In this document: piece after piece, positions 38,791 through 47,000 of the stretch
Layout: every line of letters begins with the position of its first letter
Numbering within the stretch: position 1 is the stretch's first letter
From: Armatimonadota bacterium
GTDB lineage: Bacteria > Armatimonadota > Armatimonadia > Armatimonadales > Armatimonadaceae
DNA length: 64,000 nucleotides
Reading direction: 5' to 3'
Assembly: GCA_026392155.1 (NCBI GenBank)
Contig: JAPLCP010000078.1
Location: 59,941 to 123,940 of the forward strand
Position numbers and translations under genes: made by a program
The notes under the pieces: model-generated
What the model saw: only the letters and a program-made list of their open reading frames with translations
What the model was told of the DNA's origin: nothing
The model's database searches: none

Positions 38791-40409
38791 AATGCGGAGA
38801 ATAGCTTCGCAAGCTGGAACGTCCACTCCGCAACGGTCGCAGGCAGGTACTTCTCACCCGCCTCACGCACCGCATGGGGCATTCGCACAAGCTGCTTGAG
38901 CAGCGCCTGCTCGGCGGGATGCACCAATATGCCCCCCTCCTCCCAGGATTGGGAGGAGGGGCTGGGGGAGGAGGGTGCTTTGCGTAGAATACTCTTGCAG
39001 CGGGCGTGGGCGTACTGCAAGTACATCGCCGTGTTTCCTGTGTCGGCGAGCATCTTGTCCCAATCGAAGGTGATATTGCGATCTGGCCCCTGGAAGAGAT
39101 CGGCGTAGATCACCGCCCCGACGCCTAGCGTCTCGGCAATCTCACCAAGCTCCGCCTCAGAAATCTCCGACTTGCCCTCGGTGACATTCTCGCGCATCTT
39201 GGCCTCGGCACGCTCCACGGCCTCGTCCAGCACATCGTTGAGGAAGACGACATTGCCCTCACGCATGGAGAACCGCCCGCCGTTGGGCGGCGAGACTTTC
39301 CCGAAGCTGATGTGAATGCTCACATCAGCGATCTTGGGGTAGCCCATGCGCCGGACGATCTCAAAGACCTGCTGAAAGTGCAGCTTCTGCTCAGCCCCCA
39401 CCACGTAGATATTGCGCGCCGGAGCATAGTTTTTGAGGCGATAGAGACACGTCGCCGCGTCGCGGGTCTGGTAGAGCGTCCCGCCGTCGGACTTTTGCAA
39501 GAGGCAGCTTGGCAGCGAGTTCTCCCCAAACTCCACGACCAGTGCGCCACCCGCATCCCGAACCGCGACGCCTTTCTCCACGGCTTCGGCCATCACGCTC
39601 GGCATCTGACTCTCAAAGTAGCTCTCGCCGTGCTGGGTCGTAAAGCTCACCCCAAGCCGCTTGTAGGTGCCGCTAAACTCCGCCATCGTGATGTCAATTA
39701 GCCGCTGCCAGGTCTCTCTCGCCCACACATCGCCGTCTTCTAGCTTCTTAAACCAGGCACGGGCTAGGTCTTTGAGACTCTCGTCTTCTTTGGCCTCGTT
39801 ATTAAACTTCGCGTAGACCTCCACGAGGCTCTGCACCGGGTCGGCATCGTCCCAAGGCGTGAGTTTCCAGAGATCAATGGCGGCGAGGAGCATCCCAAAC
39901 TGCGTGCCCCAGTCGCCTAAATGGTTGTCCGCGATCACGTCGTAGCCAAGCGACTCAAAGATGAGCCGCAGGCTATGCCCAATCACGGTTGAGCGCAGGT
40001 GGCCGACATGCATCTTGCGGGCGATATTGGGCGAGCTGTACTCAACGATTACTTTCTCGCCATTTCCAACCGTCTTATCCTGCCCAAACGCATCTCCAAG
40101 TGCATTCACTTCGGCAAGCACCGCAGCGGCGAGCTTCTGAGGGTTTACGGTGAAGTTCACAAAGCCACCCGCCGCCTCAACCGTTGCCAGTAAGCCATTT
40201 CCAGGCAGCTGCACCGCCGCCGCCAGCTTCTGGGCAAAGACGGGCGGCGCTTCACCCGCCGCTTTGGCGGCAACAAAGACGGGGCACGCCAAGTCGGCCA
40301 GCTCCCGGTTTTTCGGCTCGGCAAGCGCGAGCTGTTCCGGCGCGATCAGGCCCGTGGCGACAAGTGCCGCGCCCGCCTGCTCCCGGAGCGTATCAAAGAC
40401 ATATTGCAT
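38301..40409 (-). CDS. argS: Arginyl-tRNA synthetase; native similarity ends at about 38703, then 133 non-homologous codons
   Basis: VEYSSPNIARKMHVGHLRS (HIGH), NHLGDWGTQFG, FSMREG, YLQYAHAR, FSAFYDQCPVL...ARLALVAATAQG; normal ...LLGI-x-P-E-x-M end is absent. Confidence 0.93.
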   Translation of the reverse strand: MQYVFDTLREQAGAALVATGLIAPEQLALAEPKNRELADLACPVFVAAKAAGEAPPVFAQKLAAAVQLPGNGLLATVEAAGGFVNFTVNPQKLAAAVLAEVNALGDAFGQDKTVGNGEKVIVEYSSPNIARKMHVGHLRSTVIGHSLRLIFESLGYDVIADNHLGDWGTQFGMLLAAIDLWKLTPWDDADPVQSLVEVYAKFNNEAKEDESLKDLARAWFKKLEDGDVWARETWQRLIDITMAEFSGTYKRLGVSFTTQHGESYFESQMPSVMAEAVEKGVAVRDAGGALVVEFGENSLPSCLLQKSDGGTLYQTRDAATCLYRLKNYAPARNIYVVGAEQKLHFQQVFEIVRRMGYPKIADVSIHISFGKVSPPNGGRFSMREGNVVFLNDVLDEAVERAEAKMRENVTEGKSEISEAELGEIAETLGVGAVIYADLFQGPDRNITFDWDKMLADTGNTAMYLQYAHARCKSILRKAPSSPSPSSQSWEEGGILVHPAEQALLKQLVRMPHAVREAGEKYLPATVAEWTFQLAKLFSAFYDQCPVLRDDVPVEIRTARLALVAATAQGQKLESPQKLSGLIVSVSPSDETPTSVSITQRSHAGHATSSRDASKSPPGNHFLASPPFLGTGGALTPRHRAAWLWATRRVSHGSLQSKTKACCCCQSSRCWACVAAGELSKYHRFASLSAAFPSGFSERVKTR

Positions 40410-40432
40410 GGGGATCAGTATATCGCGAGTGC

Positions 40433-41503
40433 CTACTCGACGATGATCTGCGGCTCGCCTGCTTCCACGCGCCCGATCACAGCGCGGGTCGGGACACCGC
40501 GTTTTTGGAGGGCGGCCAGGAGCGCCGCAAGCTTCGCTGGCGCGACGGCGATGCAGAGTCCACCGGAGGTCTGAGGATCGAAGAAGACCTCGCGCTGGTC
40601 TTTAGGAACTGAAGAATCAAACGTGACAAGCTCGGCGAGGTACTCAGCGTTGCTGACGCCTCCGCCGGTCGTGAAGCCCGCGCTTGCCAGCTCGCAGGCA
40701 CGTGGGAGCATCGGGATGGCGTCGTTTTCTAGCCGTAGACGAACCCCGCTCTGTCGCGCAATGTGCGAGAGATGCCCGAGCAAGCCAAAGCCCGTGATGT
40801 CCGTGGCGGCGGCGATGCCCACCTCGCGCATTGCCTCAGCGGCAGCAGCGTTGAGGGTCGCCATGCTCTCGACGGCAACTTGCATCGTGGCCGAGTCCAG
40901 CTTGTCGAACTTGGCCGCCGTCATCAGAATCCCCGTGCCGAGTGGCTTGGTGAGCACCAGAATATCCCCAGGACGCGCTCCCGCATTGGTCGTGATCCGA
41001 TCCGGGTGCACGGTACCCGTCACCGAGAGGCCGAACTTAGGCTCAGGGTCGTCCACGCTATGCCCCCCGGCTAAGTGAACGCCTGCAAGCTTTAGCTGAT
41101 CCGCTCCGCCGCGCAGAATATCGGCGAGCACCTCACCTGGTAGCTCTTTGATGGGAAAGCACAAAATGTTCATCGCCGTCAGCGGGACACCGCCCATGGC
41201 GTAGACATCCGAGAGCGCGTTGGCGGCGGCGATCCTCCCAAAGTCGTAGGGGTTGTCCACGATGGGGGTAAAGAAGTCCAGGGTCTGGATGAGCGCGAGC
41301 TCCGGGCTGAGCCGAATCACGCCTGCATCGTCAGACGTGTCTAGCCCCACCAGAACATCGGGGTGCTTCTCCTGCGGCAGACCCGCCAAAATTGTCTTCA
41401 GAGCCGACGGCCCGATCTTGCTCGCTCAGCCCGCGCAGCGCACCCGCGCCGTCAGTCGCTGCGCCGCAAGCTCACGCTTATTGGGCTCTGTTGTGTTGTC
41501 CAT
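40433..41503 (-). CDS. selD: Selenophosphate synthetase, selenoprotein form (UGA at codon 26)
   Basis: ATG 41503 gives MDNTTEPNKRELAAQRLTARVRCAG-U-ASKIGPSALKTILAGLP...; TGA at 41426-41428; DDAG, QTLDFF, NALSDVYAMGG, TDITGFGLLGH, DPQTSGGL. Confidence 0.92.
41398..41415 (-). promoter_or_regulatory. Candidate bacterial SECIS hairpin
   Basis: UC-GGGCC-GUC-GGCUC-U-GA; apical loop begins GU, 17 nt after the UGA. Confidence 0.55.
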
Positions 41504-41510
41504 TCTCCTG

Positions 41511-41539
41511 AAGATACCCGCATTGCAGGTCAGAGTCAA
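41511..41539 (-). promoter_or_regulatory. selD promoter (leaderless geometry)
   Basis: TTGACT, 17-nt spacer, TATCTT, then 7 nt to ATG 41503. Confidence 0.7.
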
Positions 41540-41555
41540 TCAAAAAAACAGATGT

Positions 41556-41584
41556 TTGCTTTTTCGCGCTATTTTGGCTATACT
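41556..41584 (+). promoter_or_regulatory. sigma70-type promoter
   Basis: TTGCTT, 17-nt spacer, TATACT. Confidence 0.7.
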
Positions 41585-41616
41585 GTGCTCACAGAAAGTG
41601 AGAAAAGGAAAGTAAG

Positions 41617-41955
41617 ATGGCATCAGGATTTGGACTGTCCAACAAGGGCAAGCACAACAGCGCGGGTGAAGAAGTTCAGGATATTGACTGGGACAATCTT
41701 CCCGTGCCACAAAAAAACGGCTGGGGCATGCAACCGAGCAATGCCCCCACACCTCCGCCCACCACCGACGACGAGTGGCTAGACTCCCAGCTTCCTGCAC
41801 ACGAGGACGAGAGCCGTGGCGCACGGGTAAGCGACTTTGACGAAGACCAAGACGCGGGCAGTGAGCTCGGTGGGGCGCAGATGAAGACCAGTAAGAAGAA
41901 GCTCGACGACCCAACAGGCGGTGTGAAGGTCAAGAAAGCACCCCTTCCCCGATAG
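41617..41955 (+). CDS. Small hypothetical, low-complexity acidic protein
   Basis: Own promoter and AAGGA upstream; probably disordered. Confidence 0.6.
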   Translation: MASGFGLSNKGKHNSAGEEVQDIDWDNLPVPQKNGWGMQPSNAPTPPPTTDDEWLDSQLPAHEDESRGARVSDFDEDQDAGSELGGAQMKTSKKKLDDPTGGVKVKKAPLPR

Positions 41956-42035
41956 ATATTTTCACGGAGCAGATCTAGGGAACCTTGTTGTAGTGCGGCC
42001 CGACCAGCCAGCAGTCAGGCCCCACAACGGCCTAG

Positions 42036-43802
42036 CTACTTGAAGCTGGGCAGGACAATGCCACGCAAAATCACTTTTTGAGCGGCGAGGAAGACGATAA
42101 GAATCGGGAGGGCGGCCAGCGTCAAGGCGGCGAAGATGACGTACTGGGGGGCATTGGACTGCAAGTTGTAGAGCGCCACCATGATCGTCCACATCTTCGG
42201 GTCTTGACAGACAACCAGCGCGAAGAGAAACGCCCCGTAGGCTCCGGTGAAGGCATTGAGCGCGATGACAGAGAAGATCGGCAGCGAGAGCGGGAGCGTG
42301 ATCCGTGCAAACATCATCAGCTCGGTCGCGCCATCGAGGATGCCCGCTTCGTAGAGCTCTTTGGGGAGTGAGTCGAAGAAACCTTTGAGCAAGAAGATCG
42401 AGTAGCCGCTGGCAAGGCCAGGGAGAATCAGAGCGCCGAAGGTATTGAGCAGCCCCAGGCTCTTGAGCATCAGAAAGTTCGGGATCATGGCCACTTCGGC
42501 GGGAAAGGCCATGGTCGCCAGGAGAAACATCAGCACTTTGTAGGTGTAGGGCAGCGGGTAGCGCGAGAGCGCGTAGGCACACAGCGGGTTGACGATGAGT
42601 GCTCCCAGGATCGAGAGGACACAGAACACCACCGTGTTAAAGAGCGTACGACCGCTCTGCCCGCCGGTCATGAGCTGGCGGTAGACATGGACAAAGTTGC
42701 GGCCTGCAAAGTCGCGGCGTAGCTCGGAGCCGTGGCCCTTGACGAAGGCAAGGTCGGCGAGTGCTTGGGGAGGCTGGGCAGCGGGGTCGCCTAGCTTCTC
42801 GCGCCATAGGGTCTCGGGGGTTACGGCCTTGAAGGCACTGATGGGGGCATCGGTCTTGATAAACTCCATCCAGTCCGTCAGTGAGATACCATCGGCAGGA
42901 GGCGCGGCGGGCAGCGGGACTTGTGGGCGCTTGCGCTTGGTGAGAAACGCCTGCCACGCGGGTGCGGCACTTACCTCGATCTGGAGCATGCGGAGTGGGA
43001 ACTTGGTGCGCATAAACGCCTCCCAGTCCGTGTAGCTCGCTCCTGCGGGAGCTTTGGGCGAGAGAGTCAGGGCGCTCCAGTCCGCAATATCGGTTTTCCA
43101 GGCAGCGTTCAGGCCTTCTAGCTTCCCCTGGTACACATCCTCCTTGAGGTATTTTCGCCAGAGCGCATCCCCAAATGTCGGGATGAGGTAGTTCTTCGGG
43201 AGGCTCCGGCGGAACTCCTGCCAGTCCTTGACCTTGGGGCGCTCACTCTGGGGCATCCACGCCCGAAGTGCGGGTTTCTCAATCGGGGCGGTGATGGTCT
43301 CAAACCGGACATTTTCCTCGCGCCAGGTTTTATTGACGGCATCAATATCGTTGTTGTATTTTTGCCGGAGCCAGTCTCGAAAGCGCATCAGAAGCGGCGC
43401 AGGGGCGTTTTCATGCTCCCCAAAGCCCGCCCGCAAGAGGCTTTCTGGGAGACTCGCCACAAACGCGTCCCACTCCCCCACTTTATCCGTATCGCCTGTC
43501 GGAAGAGGCACCTCCGCGACTTTTTTATAGTCCGCGTGGTGGGCCGCGTTGAGCTCGTCTATGTTATTGGCGTAGCGATCCTCAAGGTACTTGACATAGA
43601 GCGCCGAATCTTCGCGCCAGTAGGCAGGGATCAGCCGAGCAGGAGCGTAGTCGTTGAAGTCCGACTGGCTCTTGGTGGCCGTCGAGAGCATCAATAAAAA
43701 CGGATAGAGAGTCGTGACCGCACCAAGGCTGAGCACGAGATATAGTGCCGCAAGCCCCGCACGAACCTTAAACGAGTTTCTCCCAATCGGCGAGATGTGC
43801 AT
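42036..43802 (-). CDS. Carbohydrate ABC transporter permease (MalG-type) with large extracytoplasmic insertion
   Basis: LYPFLLMLSTA N-terminal TM; C-terminal AYALSR, FLLKGFFDSLPKELYEAGILDGA (EAA loop); about 300-aa insertion. Confidence 0.88.
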   Translation of the reverse strand: MHISPIGRNSFKVRAGLAALYLVLSLGAVTTLYPFLLMLSTATKSQSDFNDYAPARLIPAYWREDSALYVKYLEDRYANNIDELNAAHHADYKKVAEVPLPTGDTDKVGEWDAFVASLPESLLRAGFGEHENAPAPLLMRFRDWLRQKYNNDIDAVNKTWREENVRFETITAPIEKPALRAWMPQSERPKVKDWQEFRRSLPKNYLIPTFGDALWRKYLKEDVYQGKLEGLNAAWKTDIADWSALTLSPKAPAGASYTDWEAFMRTKFPLRMLQIEVSAAPAWQAFLTKRKRPQVPLPAAPPADGISLTDWMEFIKTDAPISAFKAVTPETLWREKLGDPAAQPPQALADLAFVKGHGSELRRDFAGRNFVHVYRQLMTGGQSGRTLFNTVVFCVLSILGALIVNPLCAYALSRYPLPYTYKVLMFLLATMAFPAEVAMIPNFLMLKSLGLLNTFGALILPGLASGYSIFLLKGFFDSLPKELYEAGILDGATELMMFARITLPLSLPIFSVIALNAFTGAYGAFLFALVVCQDPKMWTIMVALYNLQSNAPQYVIFAALTLAALPILIVFLAAQKVILRGIVLPSFK

Positions 43803-44198
43803 CTATTTTCGGCTAGCCAGGAACTCTTCTTCTTTGGCCGTAAGCTCATCGGGGGTGATACGCTTGGCCTCGCCGGGGGCAAGATCCGCGACCGCAACAA
43901 GAATGGCGTAGTTGAGAGCGAATTTCTTCTCCGCCCCCGTCAGGCGGTTTCGTGCTTCCTCAGAGAGCCCATCGAGCCACTTGGTTTTCATGGCCTTCTC
44001 GTTCTCTTCGTGGCGCTTGCGAAGCTCCGTCGGAAGCGCATCACGGTCTACCAGCACCGACGCTTCCTCATCGTAGACTTTCAGGATCGTGCCGCTCATG
44101 CCAGCGTAGTGAGGATAGTAGAGTCCGCTCTTGATATCAGCGGGAGTTTGTTCGCGCACGGCGATTGTAACGGTGTCGCCGGAATTGATCTTGGCCAT
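43803..44198 (-). CDS. Hypothetical protein (possible SH3/KOW-like beta domain)
   Basis: INSGDTV...YAGMSGTILKVYDEEASV; stop codon abuts the permease ATG. Confidence 0.7.
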   Translation of the reverse strand: MAKINSGDTVTIAVREQTPADIKSGLYYPHYAGMSGTILKVYDEEASVLVDRDALPTELRKRHEENEKAMKTKWLDGLSEEARNRLTGAEKKFALNYAILVAVADLAPGEAKRITPDELTAKEEEFLASRK

Positions 44199-44219
44199 GC
44201 GGGTATTATACCCGCATGG
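44195..44219. promoter_or_regulatory. Perfect 25-bp palindrome: bidirectional leaderless promoter containing both start codons
   Basis: CCATGCGGGTAT-T-ATACCCGCATGG; TATAAT (-) and TATTAT (+) overlap, each 6 nt before an ATG (44198 and 44216). Confidence 0.75.
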
Positions 44220-44419
44220 AATCCTACGAGCACTTTCGCATCGCAGTCTGGGTCTTTGGCATCCCCACGATTATCGCCCTCACCATCCGCGCGATCCGAA
44301 AGATGCGGGCCATCAAAAAGCGCCACGAGGAGCTACTGGAAGAGGCGGAGCGCAACCCCCAAAATCCTCATCAGGCCCTCGCGGAGCTCTATGCAGAGCC
44401 CCAGAAGCAAAGACGCTAG
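44216..44419 (+). CDS. Small single-TM hypothetical protein
   Basis: TM IAVWVFGIPTIIALTI then a charged helix; ENPQNPHQALAELY end. Confidence 0.7.
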   Translation: MESYEHFRIAVWVFGIPTIIALTIRAIRKMRAIKKRHEELLEEAERNPQNPHQALAELYAEPQKQRR

Positions 44420-45696
44420 CGAATCAGCACATCACCGGGCTTGTTTGATCTTGGTGTGACAAGCGCGGGTAGTGGATGGTCGAACTCCAGCTTGATGACC
44501 GGTGTCGTATCGGCGAGGGTATTGGTAGCCAAGCCCGTGAGCCTCAGAAAGGCTTGGTGCTCCACATGGTCGCTTGGGGTCATCTCCAGGGAAAAGGCAA
44601 CGGGCTTGCCTGTATTGAGGAGAGTGGCCCGTGCCGGGGCAATAGCAAGCGGCTTGAGCTTGATGGCGCTTCCCACCAAGTCCGTGTGGCAGATAACATA
44701 GAGCGTATTGGCTTTTCGGGTGAGTAAAACGCTCTTATTGGCCGCAAGCTCCGAGCAGGGCGTCGTGCCCTCAAACGCCTCGCGCACGGCCTTGTACCAG
44801 CGCCCTATCCGCTTGAGAATCCCCGCAGACTCCACTGGAATCGTGCCGTCGCCCTTTGGCCCGACATTGAGCAGGTAGTTGGCATCCCGCGCCCGAAACT
44901 TAGCAATCGAGCGCATCAGGTGCCGGTCGGTGTAATAGTCCTCGTTTTTTCGCCAGCTCCAGCTCTCCATCCCCACGGACTGACAGGCCTCCACGCGTCG
45001 CATAAAGTCCACTTTGCTCTCGTAGTCGCGCTCGGGGGTGCCAAAATCGCCCTCATCGTAGCCCCGGTCGTTGATCACGGCCTTGGGCTGGAGCTGACGG
45101 ATGAGTGCGTTGATGCTCGTGTCGCGGTGCAGGTCCACGTTCATGTCCCACCAGAAGCCATGGAGCTCGCCATAGTGGGTGCAAAGCTCGCGCACCTGCC
45201 CCCGCACAAACTCCGTGTAGGCCAGTAAGTCGGGGCTGTCTTCTGGCTGCGCGGGGATCTCGTGGTGCCGCCCCTGGTTGGGGTAGCTCGGGTGGTGCCA
45301 GTCCGCGATCGAGTAGTACAGACACAGCGGGAACTTGCGCCTCTGGCACGCCTCAGCGAGCAGCTTGACGATATCTTTGCCGTAGGGCGTGTTCATCGTG
45401 TTGTAGCGCGTGAGCTTCGTGTCCCAGAGGCAGAACCCATCGTGGTGCTTGGTAGTGAGGCAGAGATACTCCATCCCCGCCTCCTGCGCCAGGTCCAGCC
45501 ACGCCTCGGGACTGAACTTCGTCGGGTTCCACTGCGCCGCAAGCTTTGTGTACTGGCTGCGTGGCACCCGCCGCCTCCACTGTTCCTGCTCGTGCCAGCC
45601 ATTTATCGCGTAGAGCCCCCAGTGCACAAACATCCCGTAGCGGCGCTCAAACCACCAGTCACGTCCATCACCAAATCGCGGAACCAGGCTATTCAT
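44416..45696 (-). CDS. Alpha-L-fucosidase (GH29)
   Basis: YGMFVHWGLY, LTTKHHDGFCLW, YYSIADWHHP, FWWD nucleophile, NYLLNVGPKGDG. Confidence 0.92.
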   Translation of the reverse strand: MNSLVPRFGDGRDWWFERRYGMFVHWGLYAINGWHEQEQWRRRVPRSQYTKLAAQWNPTKFSPEAWLDLAQEAGMEYLCLTTKHHDGFCLWDTKLTRYNTMNTPYGKDIVKLLAEACQRRKFPLCLYYSIADWHHPSYPNQGRHHEIPAQPEDSPDLLAYTEFVRGQVRELCTHYGELHGFWWDMNVDLHRDTSINALIRQLQPKAVINDRGYDEGDFGTPERDYESKVDFMRRVEACQSVGMESWSWRKNEDYYTDRHLMRSIAKFRARDANYLLNVGPKGDGTIPVESAGILKRIGRWYKAVREAFEGTTPCSELAANKSVLLTRKANTLYVICHTDLVGSAIKLKPLAIAPARATLLNTGKPVAFSLEMTPSDHVEHQAFLRLTGLATNTLADTTPVIKLEFDHPLPALVTPRSNKPGDVLIR

Positions 45697-45710
45697 GACC
45701 CTATTTTAGC

Positions 45711-46754
45711 TTAAAACATCGCGTGAAGCCGCCCTAAAAGTGCCTCCGTGTCGTCCCAGCCCAGACAGGCATCCGTGACGGACTTTCCGTAGACCATCTC
45801 GGGGCTGATGCTCTGTTTCCCTCCCACTAAGTTGCTCTCGATCATCACGCCTAGGAGCGACTTATCGCCCTCTAGCCGCTGACGGCCGATCTTCTCGGCG
45901 ACAAAGGGCTGGCGCTCCGGGTCGTAGCCGGAGTTGGCATGGCTGGCATCCACGACGATACCCGGGGGCAGGCTCACTTTATCGAGACACGCTACTGCGC
46001 GGGCGACACTGACTCTATCGTAGTTGGGCTGGCTCTTCTTACCACCCCGCAGGATCAGACACACATCCGAGTTGCCCGGCGTGCGAATCACGCAGCAGCG
46101 GCCCTCTTCGTTGAAGCCCAAGTAAGAGTGCTGGCTCTGCGCCGACTGCATCGCATCCAGCGCGATCTGGAGCTCACCATCCGTGCCATTTTTGAAGCCT
46201 ACCGGCATGGGCATGCCGCTCGCCATCGCGCGGTGTGGCTGGCTCTCGGTGGTGCGGGCTCCAATCGAGCCAAACGAGATCAGATCGGCGAAGTAGTCGG
46301 GAGTCGCGGTATCTAAGAGCTCGGTGGCGACAGGCAAGCCCAGCTCCGTTATTTTGACGAGAAGCTTTCTTGCCCGGCGTAGCCCCTCGCTCATGTCGTA
46401 GGTGCCATCCAAGTGCGGATCGTTGATGAGCCCACGCCAGCCCACGGTGGTGCGTGGCTTCTCAAAGTACGTCCGCATGAGCACCACCAGCTTATCGGCG
46501 TATTTTTCCGCCAGCGGAGCGAGGCGGCGCGCGTAGTCGAGGGCGGCCTCCGGGTCGTGGATGGAGCAAGGGCCGGTGACCACGAGAAAGCGGCTGTCCT
46601 GGCGGCTCAACAAGCGCTGAATCGCCACTCGTCCCGCATTGACCGTGTGGTAGGCAGCGGCACTCACCGGAAACTCTTCCCGCAGAATCGCGGGGGCAGG
46701 AAGGACGGTGCGCACCACGGCGCGTTCATCACGTTTGTCGACAATCTGATCCAT
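45711..46754 (-). CDS. aroF: DAHP synthase, class I-alpha (AroF/G/H type)
   Basis: GPCSIHD, RTYFEKPRTTVGW, IGARTTESQPHR, GFKNGT, ILRGG, DASHANS, GKSVTDACLGW; the isoenzyme letter cannot be fixed. Confidence 0.92.
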   Translation of the reverse strand: MDQIVDKRDERAVVRTVLPAPAILREEFPVSAAAYHTVNAGRVAIQRLLSRQDSRFLVVTGPCSIHDPEAALDYARRLAPLAEKYADKLVVLMRTYFEKPRTTVGWRGLINDPHLDGTYDMSEGLRRARKLLVKITELGLPVATELLDTATPDYFADLISFGSIGARTTESQPHRAMASGMPMPVGFKNGTDGELQIALDAMQSAQSQHSYLGFNEEGRCCVIRTPGNSDVCLILRGGKKSQPNYDRVSVARAVACLDKVSLPPGIVVDASHANSGYDPERQPFVAEKIGRQRLEGDKSLLGVMIESNLVGGKQSISPEMVYGKSVTDACLGWDDTEALLGRLHAMF

Positions 46755-46771
46755 GGATTTCTTCTCTTTTC

Positions 46772-46812
46772 AAAAAACAAAAAGCCCGCTCCGGTTGTTT
46801 CCGGGCGGGCTT
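46772..46812 (-). terminator. Attenuator terminator upstream of DAHP synthase
   Basis: AAGCCCGC-CCGG-AAACAA-CCGG-A-GCGGGCTT then TTTGTTTTTT. Confidence 0.88.
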
Positions 46813-46832
46813 AGCTCTGGTGTCTGGCGACG

Positions 46833-46907
46833 CTACAAAGCAGCTTCCTCCCGGTTTGGGAAAAAGTAAAAGCTAAAATACCAAAAGCTATTGTTTGTGC
46901 GTGCCAT
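46833..46907 (-). CDS. Aromatic-amino-acid leader peptide MARTNNSFWYFSFYFFPNREEAAL
   Basis: 8 aromatic codons in 9 positions (5 Phe, 2 Tyr, 1 Trp) directly 5' of the terminator. Confidence 0.9.
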   Translation of the reverse strand: MARTNNSFWYFSFYFFPNREEAAL

Positions 46908-47000
46908 GTGTTGGGCTTACTGTATCATGCTCAGTATGGTTTTGCACGAGTCGGTGCATCGTGGAACCAGAATACTCTTTTTGTCGTCAGAATTAAAAAC

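Noticed and set aside
46908-47000. ORF-track N-terminal extensions (46908, 59437, 59501, 55553, 57188, 21733, 31953)
   Set aside because: They run through promoters, leaders or neighbouring genes; downstream starts have better SD, leaderless or overlap support and match family N termini.
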